Shown one piece after another: positions 1-13,985 of a DNA stretch of 64,000 bases. Every line of letters starts with the position of its first letter. Within the stretch, counting starts at the first letter, position 1. The DNA lies in the NCBI GenBank assembly GCA_043228905.1, contig JBHGNT010000004.1, forward strand, positions 3,038,001-3,102,000, written 5' to 3'. The notes beneath the pieces were generated by a model. That model made no database searches, was not told the origin of the DNA, and saw nothing but the letters and a program-made list of their open reading frames with translations. Both the position numbers and the translations under genes were made by a program. Source of the stretch: Azolla caroliniana (taxonomy: Eukaryota > Plantae > Polypodiophyta).

Positions 1-3000
1 ATGCTGAACTTGCCAATGTGAGGATTTATTTTTTGTACACTCTGTGATAATCACTTTAATTGTATGGATGATTTTCAGCATAATTTTATTTGATTTCTTT
101 TGCAATAGGCTGTGAAGCCAGGAGATACCATATTTGTTGGTCAATACTTGTTCACTGGGAGTGAAACAACTTCAGTCTGGCTTGAGGCTAGTTTTCTACC
201 TATATAACCTTGCAGGCTGTGCTTTCAATACTGTAAAAATTTCCTGAGTAGTTGTATTACATATCAAGAACGTAGGACTCTGTTAACTTTGATAACCCCA
301 TGCAGGTGAAGGAAATCCAAGATAAAGATATCATCTGCCATGTGAAAAATAGTGCAACTTTGGCGGGTCCACTTTTCACTGCTCATGCATCTCAAGTTCG
401 TATTGATCTTCCCACATTGACAGAAGTGGATAAGGAGGTATTGTTTAAACGAGATATTGTTGCTGTTGTAGCTATATTGTGTGGCATTGATTTCTCAGAG
501 TTTGACATTACATTTATGGCTATGATATTTATTTATGGAGAGTAGATTAATAAATATTTTGAAATTTAGTAATCAACGAATTCACTGAAGCAATATGTGC
601 TGATTGGAGAGTATCTTAATAAATATTTTGAAATTCATGTCAGGCAATTGCAACATGGGGAGTTCGAAATAGCATTGACTTTTTATCTTTGTCTTATACA
701 CGTCATGCTGAGGATGTCCGGGCGGTATGTCTGTAGTCCAAGGCATCTATTTGCCAAAATTGCTTTGGAAGCAGAGTGATTTGGCATCTGGCTTGTACTA
801 TTTCCTTGATGTTGATGTTATGTATGGTTGTTCAGGCACGGGCCCATCTTGCAAAGTTTGGGGACTTGAGTCAAACACAGATATTTGCAAAGATTGAGAA
901 TGTAGAGGTATGGTTTTTATTTGGAGCATAATATTAACTTATTCCCTGTTTGCAAAATCTGTGCTCAAACCAGATTCGAATCAGTGGCAGAAATGTGTTC
1001 TTACTGAATCTTGTTTATAGTTTTTAACCTTGAAGGTTTCTTATGCATGGCTATTCATTCGGAAATAACTTTGCAGGGGCTTAAACATTTTGATGAGATA
1101 CTCCAAGAAGCAGATGGAATCATCCTTTCTCGTGGAAATTTGGGGATTGATCTCCCACCAGAGAAGGTCAGTGAAGGCCTTATTATGGTACATATAAGTA
1201 TGAAATGCACGTCTAATATATACAGGTATGTGGTTTTCAGGTCTTTTTGTTTCAAAAGGCCGCTGTGCACAAATGCAACATGGCTGGAAAACCTGCTGTT
1301 GTCACACGTGTTGTTGATAGTATGACTGATACTCCTCGACCTACTCGTGCAGAAGCAACAGATGTAGCAAATGCGGTTTTGGATGGTACATAATTGGAAT
1401 TATTGCAACGTTGATTGGAAATTTTGTTCTTGCAGCATGTGTCTTCTTCCTAAGATAGATATAAGGTGCATATTCTTTAGTTTCCATGTTTTCGATGCTT
1501 CGAAATATATTGCTGTATTTTTGCTATCTATAGGTACGGATGCTATTCTTTTAGGAGCTGAGACACTTCGTGGTCTTTACCCTGTGGAAACTATCTCAAC
1601 AGTTGGGAAGATATGTGCTGAGGTGATAATTACTTTGCATTTTATATGTAACCTCGGGGTTTTGGATGGATATGCCAAATGATATAACCAACCAACATGT
1701 TGGTTGTTGTGTAGGCTGAGAAAGTTTACAATCAAGGTGTGTATTTCAAGAAAACAGTGAAGTATGTTGGTGAGCCAATGTCACATCTTGAATCAATTGC
1801 TTCATCTGCTGTAAGTTCATGATTCGTGGGAGAAATGTTTTACTGAAGAAAGCCTCAACATCCTGATTTGGCATTTTTGTTCAGGTTCGAGCTGCTGTGA
1901 AGGTGAAGGCATCTGTAATTGTGGTGTTTACATCATCTGGAAGAGCTGCTCGGTAGGTAGTTGAAGGCAATTATGAGATATAAAATCTGGATTTCTCATG
2001 GAGCGTCTTTATAGTAATGGTTCATATTGTAATACGGGATACTCTGGCTGAACTTGTAGTGTATAGTATGTTTTCTATTGACTAGCTATAGACTAGATAT
2101 TACTTTTGGGTTGGCATTGACTAGCAGCAGGCCTGAGTTGTAGATGAGAGAGACAGACTTTTCTAGGGTTAAGTAATGAGTTGACCCTATATTCTTTTGA
2201 AGTTAGTATTGTCAACATAAATGAATATTATGCTGAAATATTGTCTAGAAGAATTTACTTTCTTGCTGAAACCCATTTCCTACTCGCCTGTTATGTAGTT
2301 TGCAGTATCTTAATAAGAAAAAGTGTAGCCATTTGTGACACTAAATTACATTTTTTGATTGCATAAAACCAATTTATACATGAAGTCAAGGTCATTGAAA
2401 GTTTTTATGATATGACTTCAATTTATATGCTGAGTCTTGTTCATGATATGATGTCTATTTGTATGTGTTTATAATGTGTTTCTTCCTGATATAACCAGGT
2501 TGATAGCAAAATATAGGCCGACCATGCCTGTGCTATCTGTGGTCATTCCTAGGTTGACCACCAATCAACTGCGCTGGAGTTTCACTGGTGCATTTCAGGT
2601 GAGAGATTGATTTGAAACTCTTTTTTGAGTATCATGCATCGCTATGATCAGGTATTCTCTCATAATTTCTGCATGTTATGTGCAATTTTAAAATCCATTC
2701 TTTGAAGCTACAACTTGTAGTGAACCTTGGGCCAGGATTTGCCTGCACCCACCTGAAAGTTTGTACAGGTGATGACAAGTACTACATAAGAAATGATGTC
2801 TTCTTGCTCAGAATTATTTATGCACATTGAGGGCATCATGAGACTAATCCATTGTTCTACTGATTAGGTGTTTATTGTTTGTTTTTCTGATTTCTATTCT
2901 TTAATCTTAGTTGCGTTCTGAACCATGACTTTGGATCACATTATTTCAATGCCACTTGCATGTTTTGAGTTAAAGTTTATATCTTCCGTTTCTTGTCTCT

Positions 3001-6000
3001 TTATCTATTCAAACGTCAACTTTTCTCCCTCTCTCTCTCTCTCTACCTCAAGCAGGCACAAACACATATTGAGGGTCGTGCATTATATGCATTTGTTGCA
3101 CATAGTATTTAGTGACATTTTGTATTGGCAATGCAACGTGATGTGTTAACACACTTGCACCTTGCAGTTTGGAATTTTGCCGGAATATTTGATTTTTACA
3201 TCACTTTCTAGATTAAAAAACCTTCCATTTTGCTCACATGCACAGAAATTTTCCTGGCACCTGCAAAGTTCTCCGATTCAAGTTCTGCTCTTCCTCTTTG
3301 TCACATTGGATCTTTAAGTTCATTTAGCATTTGCTACCAAACTTTTCAGCCTTGCAATCTCTCAGGGCTTCAGCTCATTCTATTATCGTTGCAGAAACCT
3401 AAGAAAATTGCAATGCCAATAAATAAATAACTTAGGGTGTGGTGATAGTGAAAATGGGCATTGACCTGTTGCCTACAAGGGAACTGGTGCTTCTCATATC
3501 AGAGCTCATTTTGCCTTGACATTGGAAATTGAGATTTGGGACCATTCCATGTAGTAAACCTATTCTTGTTTAAGATAAAATGAGATATTGGCTTGCAACC
3601 TTACTTTGCTAATCACAAGTAGATATTGAATGCTCTTAGGGATGCTTGAACTTGATGATTTTGGTCAAGGTGTCCTTGAAGAGATATTACTAGCTCATCA
3701 TTGTTACTGGCTCTTTATAGTACTCGATCATTGAGCCAAACCTTTGCCGTCAAAGCTTGATGTTTTTTGGGTGAAAGGTATCCTTGAGTGAATCTATGGA
3801 ATGATGCATCATGCTTATGAAAGAATATTAGTCTCTTCACAGTACTCAATCGGTATGTAAAACCTATACTGGCAAAGCTTTGAAAATCACTCTCTCAATC
3901 TAAAATAGAGACAAATTGTAAGACCATGCAGCCATAAAGAATTTAGCATTCACTCTTGGATTGTACTCTCTTTACCCTTGAACATGGTACATAATATACC
4001 ATATATTGATAGATTGATTGTTATTTGATAATGATCATAATTAATCATTTATGGTCTTCTTATTCTACTCTAGAAATTTATGCAATAGGCATCAGGGATT
4101 TATGAAACATTCATGCAGTGGGAACTATGTTTTCACCCCTAGTGTATGATCATTTTTAACTTACATCCCTTGTCATAATAACAGGGAATGGCCAATTTAG
4201 TCTCCATCCCTCATCCTCGAAACACATCCCATGCTGCTATGGTCTTGGTATTACTACTATCACAAAAAATCTCCATCTAAAATTTCGATTGAAACTTATC
4301 CATATTTTGTGGCTGCTTAATTCTTTTTTTGAAAAAATCTACACACTTGAATTCTCACATCAGAGGATCTCCCTTTTAGATATTGTCCATAATCACTAAG
4401 GACAAATTGCCAACAAAGTGAACATGCAACTTGATTTTGATTGGAATACCTAAAGGGATGTTTGTTACCAAAGCTTGAGAAAAATTTGTTGCTCTTAGGA
4501 ATTCTCAAAAGAACTAGTGTTGTGTAAACACGTGCATGTGCCACTCAAGATGGTCCAAGGGGAACATGAACTAGGAAAGACATGATGTAGTTGGAGAGAA
4601 CTTGTAATGTGACTCTCGAAAACTCTCGTGTGTTGCTTACCCTTATGTGGGCTTGACCCCTTTGTAGAATCTCCACTTCATGTAATCCTTTTGTGGGTTG
4701 AGCTTGTGCAACCCCTTCATGGATTGCCTTTGTACAATCCCCTTTCGTGGAATGCCTTTGTGTAATCCCGCTTCGTGGAATGCCCTGGTGGGATGAAACA
4801 ATATTCGGAGGAAATTAGGGTTAATGGCAAGGAAAAGAATAGTTTGTCTTGAGTTTCGACGAGGCCCACCATTGATGAACGACTACAACACCCTTTGTTC
4901 ATGTAGGATCCACATACTCTCTTTTAATTTCCTTCTAAAACTTTTGATAACCACACTCACTCTGATTCAATCGAATAAAGTTACCCCCCCCAAACCAACT
5001 TGACATGAAGATAAAGTTTGAGAAAATGTTGCCTAATATTCAAATGTACAAGGGTGGATTTCTCCCATTCATGTGCCCACTAGGATTCAAACTCACGCCT
5101 TTCTTGAACAATTTATAGCCTTAACCATTTGGCTATTTACTTTTTGTTATTCTATTTTTTTTTCATATGCATACATATTTACACTATCTATGGTAGTTCC
5201 CTGTTCCCCTTTCTCTCCTTATTCTACCCTTAGACTTGTCACATCACAATGCTGCGTTAACGCACGTGCACTGTGTTACTCAAGCAAGATTGCAAGAGTC
5301 TAAACTATAGAAGACAAGATGTTGTGGAGGAACTTATAATGCGACCCTTGAAAACTTTCGTGTGTTGCTTACCCTGACGTCGTAGTGATGTGGTGGGTTA
5401 ACGGTAGAAAAAGAAGAAAAAGGGTAGAAAGGGACAACTATATAAATTGTAGAAATATAAGCATGAAAAAAAAAATATATAATGATGAAAAGTTAATTTG
5501 TTGAACACATGTGCACTGTGTTACTCAAGCAAGATTGCAAGAGCGTAAACTATAGAAGACAAGATGTTGTTGTGGAGGAACTTATAATGCGACTCTTGAA
5601 AACGCTCGTGTGTAGCTTACCCTTACGTCATAGTGATGTGGCGGGTTAAGGGTAGAAAGGGACAGCTATAGAAATTGTAAAAATATAAGCATGAAAAAGA
5701 AAAATATAATAATGAAAAGTTAATTTGTCGAAAAGGGTTTGTCTTTTTTTGGGGGGGGGTTAATCATTTTTGGGTGTTCATTATACTTTTTTGGATATGA
5801 TTAGTTTGGAAGTTTTTTTTTCTTGAGTTTAGAGAAGAGTTGCTTCTTCCTTCTCTTGGTAGGGTTTAGGGTTTAAGGTTTGAGTGGGAGATTGTAGTTG
5901 GGACACTTCGCCATTATTGTCTTCATCTTTATCTTCTTCCTCTGTTTTCTTTTTTTCTCCCCATTTTTTAGGGTTCTTTGAGTTGAGTAGAAGAGTACGT

Positions 6001-9000
6001 ATTGGGCCACTTCTTCTCAAACTTCATCTTTCTCTTGGGTTGGTTTGAGGGAACTTGATTCAATCGAAAGAGAGCGAGAGACGGTTAAAAGATGGTGTGC
6101 CAATCCCACATCAACAAAAGGCGTTGTACCCGTTGATCATAGGTGGGCCTCGTTGAAATTCTAGAGAACTATTCTTTTCCTTATTGTCAACCCTAATTTA
6201 ATCCTAATCTTGTTTCTTCACACCCTATATAAAGGGGGCTCCTCGTTGAACAGTAGTTATTGTCCTGAATCAAACATTTGATGTAATAGAAATTTGTTAG
6301 TCTTAATCTTTGAATCTTGTCGTGGAATTGTGTCGAGAGAGGGTGATTTGTGGCATCTGAGAGACTGCCCAAGGTGCCTGAATCCACAAGTGGGCCTCCA
6401 TGAGTGCCTCTTTGAATCCATGCTCGCATGTTCAATCCTTGAGCATACGATCAATCTAGGGGAGCCCATTTATTATACAAGGCCAATCTGCGAAGGGATT
6501 TTATGAAGAGATCACATGAAGGGGAACTGCATGAAGGCAATCCACAAATCAATAGACGATCTCAAACCATGAAAGGATTACACGAAGGGTCCCAAGCCCT
6601 CTTACGGGCAAAGCATTGCACAAGAATTTTCAGGAGTCATATTACAAGTTCTCTCCAACAACTAATTGTTAAACTGTCGTGAAAAGTAGTTTGGCAGTTC
6701 GGTTCGGCTCGGTTAAGTCTTGAGCTTGCTTAACTGGTTTGGAAAGTAGGAGAAAGAAAGAAAGAAAGAAAGAAATATTAACGTCTTTTAAGAGGCCAAA
6801 ATGGTCTATAAGACCAAATAAGAGATTACATCTTAAGTGTTTTCTCATCTTTGAGAACAAATCAAAATAAAGTAAATATTACACAGTAAATATAAAAGTA
6901 AATAAGATGAAAAGAAAAGAGACCAGAGAATCTGGTTTTTGGCACATGTGAGATTCTCAAGCTAGGTATATTGTAGCTTTTGTCTTTGAAAGATCTCTAT
7001 CATAAGTCGATCTAGAATGGAAATGTCTCCGAAGCGAGGGAAGCACCTACGATGGCGGGGGATAATGGCTTTTATCTGTCGATGACAAGGGTGTCGAGGT
7101 CGTGCTCCATGGGGCCGGGGCCTACGTGCACGGCAAATTGCCATTGCCTGATCAATTGTAACCCCTTTGTTATATCCTGGTCTCGATCCCATTTCTGTAT
7201 CCTGGGGTTGACTTCTAGCATTAGGAGTGATGGAGCTAAAGAAAGTTGTGATTGTTCTTTGTGGATGAGAAAGAAAGATATATTAACATCTTTTAAGAGG
7301 CCAAAATGGCCTATAAGACCAAACGAGAGATTACATCTTAAGTTTTGTCTCGTCTTTGAGAACAACAAATCAAAATAAAATAAATATTTCTAAGTAAATA
7401 TAAAATTAAATAAGATAAAAGGGGACTAAAGAATTTGGTTTTCGGCACATGTAAGATTCTGAAGTTAGATATATTATAACTTTTGTCTTTGAAAGATCTC
7501 TAGCATAGGTCGATCTAGAATGGCGAGGTCTCCAAAGCGAGGGAAACGCCTGCAATGGCGGGTTAAATAACAATGGTATCTCCCACTTATTTCATAAAAG
7601 ATGCTACAGTGGCAAACGTAGTGCTCTTCAGATTCCACTCCATGATGACACAATTTACGAATTCTCTCTTCTAGTGGTATTTGTGTATATTTGCCTACCT
7701 CAATTTGTAACTGATGTGATGAAGTTCGCAGCTGCCCTATGACACTGCGCAGTGCATAGGATAGGTGTATGTCCATACAAGGTAGCCTGATAATGAATCC
7801 ATCCTTCGATGTGTGTAAAAAAAGTGTCTTGTAGTGGGCCATCTTCGTACCCATTGATATTTTGGGGCCGATCCATGTTATATTGTTTTCCAAGTTAATG
7901 ATATCAGTTCGGATCACTTTATTCTTTTCCACTTTGGTCATGTTTAGATGGGGCCAGTCCAAGCTATATTGGAATGGGGGTAGTGCATTTATGCTTATGC
8001 CATGTGACTTGAACCATTGCTGCATTTCCAAATACCAACATTGAATGTCTCCATTGTCAGCCAGTTGTCTTGATGACATAAGTGCTTGGGTACCTTCTTT
8101 TAGGAAGCTCCAAAAGATGTTGGATACAAGTCACTTATCGGAACAATGCCTCAATGATTATAGGGGCTTTTCCCATCTCAACCCAGATTATATCAAGGAG
8201 CACTAATGCTTTGCCCCTTATCATGTGGGCAATTATTAACACTAAAGGTCTCTCCAAATCTTGCCAATGATTTGCCTAGTTAAGATTAGGGCCCCATGTT
8301 TCTACTCCATAGAGAAGAGTTGGTGTGACAAAATGTATCAAATAACCACAGCTTAGTTTGTGGCTCTTGGAGAAGATTATATCAAGGAGCACCAATGCTT
8401 TGCCCCTTATCATGTGGGCAATTATTAACACTAAAGGTCATGTAATGGCCAATCATGATTGTCCTATAGTTGCTTGGCATCTAGTAGGGAAACCTTCGCA
8501 CATGGCTCTATTAAAGATGTGTGACAGCAATGGGAACAAGATGTCATAGGCATAGATGAAGTGCTCACCAACCAATCCATCATGATCTTGGGCTGCTCCA
8601 AATTGTAACTGATCAATGGCATTTCTTACATTTTGTGGATCCCATTTGTTCCACGAGGCCAAACCATGAAGGGATAAAAAATGCGACGAGTAATGTTGAA
8701 CGATGGTATACAATGGTAGAACATATAGCATGTTTGTTTTATTTACAAACGGCTCAGAACATGTTAACATGCTCAATTGTGCCTCGAGATCCTAGAAAGT
8801 CGTTGACTAACCACACCATCCTGTTAGACAAACTGAGTTTGGTGAAAATCCAGATACAATCATGAACTATACTGCAGGGACCTCAGCTATAGCGCCATTC
8901 ATATCCAATACAATTGCATTACATGAAGTACACAATCCTTTACTAATTGGGAGTCTAAAATTGGCAGTCATCCACATGAAGTTACTGATAACATGTGAAC

Positions 9001-9685
9001 CTGGAATGTGTAGAAAAGACTTTCAACGACCAGTCAACGACCAGTCAACCTAGAGTCTTGTTATGATTGTGATACCAAAGGTGCATATTTCAAAAGTGCG
9101 GTTCTATACTTCAGATTTATTGGAAGAAGTTCTTGCTTTATATAGGTTTCATTATATGATCAGGCTTGCACTCCAATTTTGTTGCCAATACGTGGCAAAA
9201 TTGTAGAACTTATTGGAAGTTATATGGCCTGTCATGTTTCTTCACTCCTATATATTTCTTATGTCATTGATAAAACTTCTCTTAAAGTAGTGGTATTTAT
9301 TGTGTTGTGTTGTGTATACTGTGATCAATAACTTGAGATTATTAAAGTTAATGGATGAAATTTAAGTTAATGCATTTGTTTGGATTATTACAGGCTAGGC
9401 AGTGCTTGGTGATGAGAGGAATATTTCCAATGCTGGCAGACCCAAGGCATCCTGTAAGTAATATTTCAAATATATTTTGCAGATTCACATAAATACTAGA
9501 GTTCTTTTTAACAAGATTGTAATTTGCGACAGGCTGAAACAACGAATGCTACAAATGAATCTGTGCTGAAGGTTGCTTTAGATCATGGGAAGGCAGCAGG
9601 AGTTATCAAGCCCCATGATCGTATAGTTGTGTGTCAGAAAGTAGGAGATTCATCTGTTGTGAAGATCATTGAGCTTGAAGAGTGA
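1..9685 (+). CDS. PK: Cytosolic pyruvate kinase, 5'-truncated by window edge, multi-exon
   Basis: Exons read manually: 1-17, 109-186, 306-437, 644-724, 836-907, 1077-1166, 1241-1385, 1534-1622, 1715-1810, 1885-1952, 2499-2598, 9394-9453, 9533-9685 (TGA). The spliced protein carries PK motifs [57 protein letters not shown] and VVKIIELE. All introns are GT-AG except 187-305 (GC-AG). Confidence 0.96.
4585..6665. mobile_element. Degenerate element with long inverted arms in PK intron
   Basis: 4588 TAGTTGGAGAGAACTTGTAATGTGACTC is near reverse-complementary to ~6635-6664. ~4813-4910 is near reverse-complementary to ~6100-6198. An internal ~245-bp direct duplication lies at ~5262-5500 / ~5505-5728. 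Confidence 0.55.
6750..8830 (-). mobile_element. Degenerate non-LTR retrotransposon (LINE), 3' portion with duplicated 3' end
   Basis: ORF 7474-8079 has [15 protein letters not shown]...[16 protein letters not shown], a C-terminal Cys/His motif of LINE ORF2. ORF 8453-8776 (DGLVGEHF...PLLSHIFN) resembles pre-RT sequence. The 3' region is present twice (~6770-7070 and ~7270-7562). A (TTTC)n-like tail on the minus strand is at ~6752-6775. Confidence 0.75.
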
Positions 9686-11697
9686 GCCAAGTCTTGAGGT
9701 TTTGCAGATATTTTCAGAAATATGAATCTTAATAAGTTCTTTGAAGTTGAGAACAAGCATGAAATGGTCTGAATACAAATTTGTTCCCATGAATGTCAAA
9801 GGCAATGTGGCTTATTATTATGTGAAGCCATATTCCAAGGTATAAATATGGATTAGGCTGCCTTTTTATTTTTGCCAATAATGCCTATGAGGAGACTACA
9901 CGCTTTATCTTTTGAAATGGTGAAGTGGAGATGAGTAACTTCTTTGTGTATCAGCATCTTAATTTTAGAATGGATTAATTTCTCATGCAAATTTCTGCCT
10001 AATCAGGCTCTTCCACATTACTTTTAGCGTGTGTACGTTTTATTATTCAATCAGTCGAGTAAGTACAAAGGTATTTTAATTGAGGTTTGGAAGATTGGCA
10101 TAAATTGGTAGTATATATATTAGCAGATTGGATGGAGGATATGATGTTTTGTTCAAACAGTTATTAAGCTATCAATGTTGGGTTGGAGTTTCATGTCTAT
10201 TTTGTTAAAACAGTATTAAATGGATACATTTCTGTCTGTTTTAGTTTTATAAATACTTTTAATTGGTAAAGTACAGGTAGATCAGTTTCTACTGAATTAT
10301 GTCACCTTGTTTGCAGAACATAATGTTGAAATGACATACGACATACTTAAGGAACACGCCACTTCATTTTGAATGAGATATTGTTGCTCAACAGGGTAAA
10401 CCTAAATAGGTAGCCTAATTCCTGAGCTAACAATTGATAATGACGTTGCAATGACAAATTGGAAGTCAGAAGCATGATGGCCTCCACAAAAAGTTGTCTG
10501 AAATTCTACATGGATTTTGTAGCAAGCAAGGATGGGACGTTGATATTTGTCCATTCATTTGAACTCAAAGACAACTATATGTATGAGAGAAGTCTGGTAC
10601 GTGGAGCCTTGTCTCTCTGCTAACCTTGATCGTATATGTTTGTTTAAGCAGTCAGGAGTAATCAGACTCTGTGAGATTTTGGGTTAAATATTAGATTTAT
10701 GCTATCAAAACAGTAGATATTATTCCTATCTCATATATAGGTATTAGGGTAACAAAAAATTGTATTTTAACGATTTTTTCTAATACAGGTTATGCTTGTT
10801 TGTAAGGTTAACCTATGGCTGCATAGGTTAACCTTGATGTATTTTTTTTTCTTATACGATTTGCAGCAATGTACGTTAACCTATGGCTGCATAAACTCAA
10901 TGCTGAGAAACATACAGAAAATAGAGATTGACGATGCATGGAAGGGAGGTGGTAAGGCAGATGTAGTGAGAAGGATAGAAATAAAGAGCAGTGATTGCAA
11001 GCCTGTTGCAATACAAATCGAAGATATGTAATAAGAGGTGGAATCTTAAAAAATACGCCCTTTCTAGGATTATTCATTTTGTTAAACATTTTCAACTCTC
11101 AAGCAGAAATATTCTTAAATGAAACAAAATTCAATAGACGTGTATGATTTTCTCCTAAATCCCTACAAATTTTTTGATATTACAAAGCCATAGATCTAAT
11201 CAGAGCTCTATGATTTGTGATAGCCAAGAAACTGCAAGGGTTTTATTTATAAACATTTGGGTTGGTGCTTATCTAAAGAAATACTAAGTGATTTGAAAAG
11301 GATCTTGCCTTCCCAACAAAAACAAAATGTCCCCAAGATTGGGAAATGTCTGAAGCAAATGTCATAAGTAACTCGAAGCAAAAGAAGATGATTTGCACTG
11401 CATTGACGTTTTTAAGGTAATGCAGACAACTGTACTTCACGAGATTGATTTTAACCATTAAATTGGTGATCTCAGCCAGTAGGAAGAGAGGATTTACCCA
11501 AAACGACCATAAGTTTGTATTGATTCATAAGACCTCAGGCCAGCTGATGGGGCATTAGATTGAAGGCATCTGGATATTTGGTTGGATTCTTGGTACCATG
11601 ATTCATGATCAATTTCGTATTGCAGCAATTATCAAGATTTTAATTTCAAGAAAAAATCTGTTTTTAAGCCTTTGCTACAGCGAGCACACCTTTGATT

Positions 11698-13622
11698 CTA
11701 TACTTCTCTTTCTTTAAGAATGCCAGCTGCAGCATATATATTTTCCATACAGATGTATGCAGACCCACAATTTTCATCCAACTCTATTGATTTCTCAAAC
11801 GCCCATCTACCGAGACTTACATTTACCCATTTTTGACAAGCACCAAGAATGGCCAAGAAGAGGCGAAGATTATCAGAAGTGAACTTGAGGTTGGCAAAAA
11901 ATTGTACTCTGTCAAAATATCCAGCTCGGCCAAATAAATCGATCATGCAAGCATAATGTTCTACTGATGGTAACAAATGATAAACCATACACATCTCGAC
12001 AAACAACTTTTCTCCCTCTTCTATTAAGCCCGAGTGACTACATGCATTCAGCAAGACCAAAAAGGTAACAGCGTCTGGCAAAATACCTTCAAGCCTCATT
12101 TTCTCGGTTAGCTCCATAACAACTTTAGCTTGACCAAATTGAGCGTATCCTGCCATTAATGCACTCCAAGACACAACATCCCGGAATGGAATCTCTACAA
12201 ATAGCTCTTGTGCCTTTTCGAGTGCCCCACACTTGGCATACATGTGAAGCAAGGTATTGGCGAGCCCAGGATATTTTTGAAATAACCCTAACTTACGAAT
12301 CTGTGCATCGATATCTTGGCCAATCTCGAGAGATCCTAGTGTACTGCAAGCTTTCAAAATGCAAATATACGAGACTTCACTAGGGGGCACTCCCTCATCC
12401 TCCATTTTCTGAAAACATTCTAGAGCCTCATTGGCTTGACCATTTTGGACATATCCATCTATGAGGATAGTCCATGACACAACATCCCTACCCTCAAGGT
12501 GGTCACATACCGCACGTGCCTTTTTGAGGGCACCCAACTTTGCATACATATCGATTAATGCATTACCCAACACAATACTTTTCTTTAATAGACCTCGCTG
12601 GCAGATCTCACCATGTATCTCTTCCCCCATCTCAAGAGACCCTATAAGAGCACAAGCTTTGAGGGTGCAAACATAGGTTACGTAATTCGGCATTATGCCC
12701 TCACGTTGCATATTTCGGAAGCACTCTAAGCCTTCATGCCCGAGTCCATGGCGAACATTTGCATCAATTAGTGCTGTCCAAGACACAACATCACGGACCC
12801 GAAGTTGCCTGAATGTTTCTTGAGCTTTTTCAATTGCACCACATTTGGCATACATGTCCACCAAAGCACTACCCAGCACCATATCGTTGTCCAGAAGTCC
12901 TTCCTTTCTTACCTGGAGATCGATTTTTCTGCCTATCTCGAGAGACCCCACGATGCCGCAAGCTTTCAAAACACAAGTATAAGTGATTGCATTGGGTATG
13001 ATTTCATGATATTCCATGTCCTGGAAGCATTTTAATGCATCGTGTGCATACCCAAGGCGGACATATCCAGCTATAAGGGCATTCCAGGAGACCAAATCTC
13101 GAACCTGAATTTGTTCAAGCACTAATCTTGCTTCTCTAAAGGCACCGCATTTGGCATATGCACTAAAAAGGGCACTTCCAACGTAATCATCCGCAATGAT
13201 GAGACTCCCCTGACTCTCCTTGCATAGAATTTCTGCATGTATCATTCTTGCTTTGCAAAGATCCTTCTCTTTACCACATAATTTGATCAGATCGAGTAGA
13301 GAATAACGACGTTGAAAGTGTGGATTTCTTGCCAAATCTAGCTCTTTTAGTCGGGCTCGAATCCAAGGCGGGTTATGGCGTCGATCCATCCATAGAATAT
13401 TCCTTGTTTTCTTGTGGATAAAATCAGGGGCTTTAGGGTTCCTCTGAGGAGAGAGAGAGATATAGATAGAGAAATGTCTGAGACTCTTTTTTCTTGGCGA
13501 GCATGAATTGAAGTGAGCGATTGGTTCATAATCAGGCTTACCTTTAGGTTTCTGTTGTCCCAGAATTGCGAAGGATCTCTGAAGAAGTCCTCCCACAGGA
13601 GCTTGGTGGCTATGGAAGACAT
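11698..13622 (-). CDS. PLS/E-type pentatricopeptide repeat protein with N-terminal OSB-type PDF motif (2+ exons)
   Basis: Repeated PPR motifs (LVDMYAKCGAIEKAQETF, DVVSWTALI, PNAITYTCVLKAC). It ends in an E-like segment (SAYICMENIYAAAG) with no DYW. Phase-0 intron 13444-13541 (AAG|GTAAGC ... CTCCTCAG|AGG) joins WEDFFRDPSQFWDNRNLK to RNPKAPDFIHKKTRNILW. ATG is at 13622; an acceptor at 13661-13659 suggests a further upstream exon. Confidence 0.9.
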
Positions 13623-13739
13623 GGTGGACAAGAAGGCAACTTCAGCGCACAGCTCTCTCTACATACAAATATATCTCTATGAAATATGCATGTAAAACAC
13701 AATCACTAATAACTATAGATATTAGAGACCGAGCTCAGG

Positions 13740-13985
13740 TAAGAGTCGGCAACGGGTCGGCTCAAACCTAAACCGAACCGTTAAACAAGTTCGGTTCGGT
13801 TTAGGCTTGGGGTTCCCAAAACTGTTTAGGCTTTACTTTGATTCACAAGGCTCAACCTGAACCAAACAGTTTTGGGCCAAACTGGTCAAGGCTTAATCGG
13901 TTTAGACAAACAAGTTAATCAATCGGTTTAGCCTTAATCGGAACCGGTTTCATTCAAGTTTAAAAACTTCCAAACCGATTAAGTC
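13740..13985. mobile_element. Degenerate hAT-like terminal fragment
   Basis: Clustered AAACCG/CGGTTT motifs similar to the MITE at 14930. No TSD found. Confidence 0.4.

Noticed and set aside
13444-13596. N-terminus MGGLLQRS... given by the ORF track for the PPR
   Set aside because: It reads through an intron and out of frame in the upstream exon; the spliced model restores a conserved motif.
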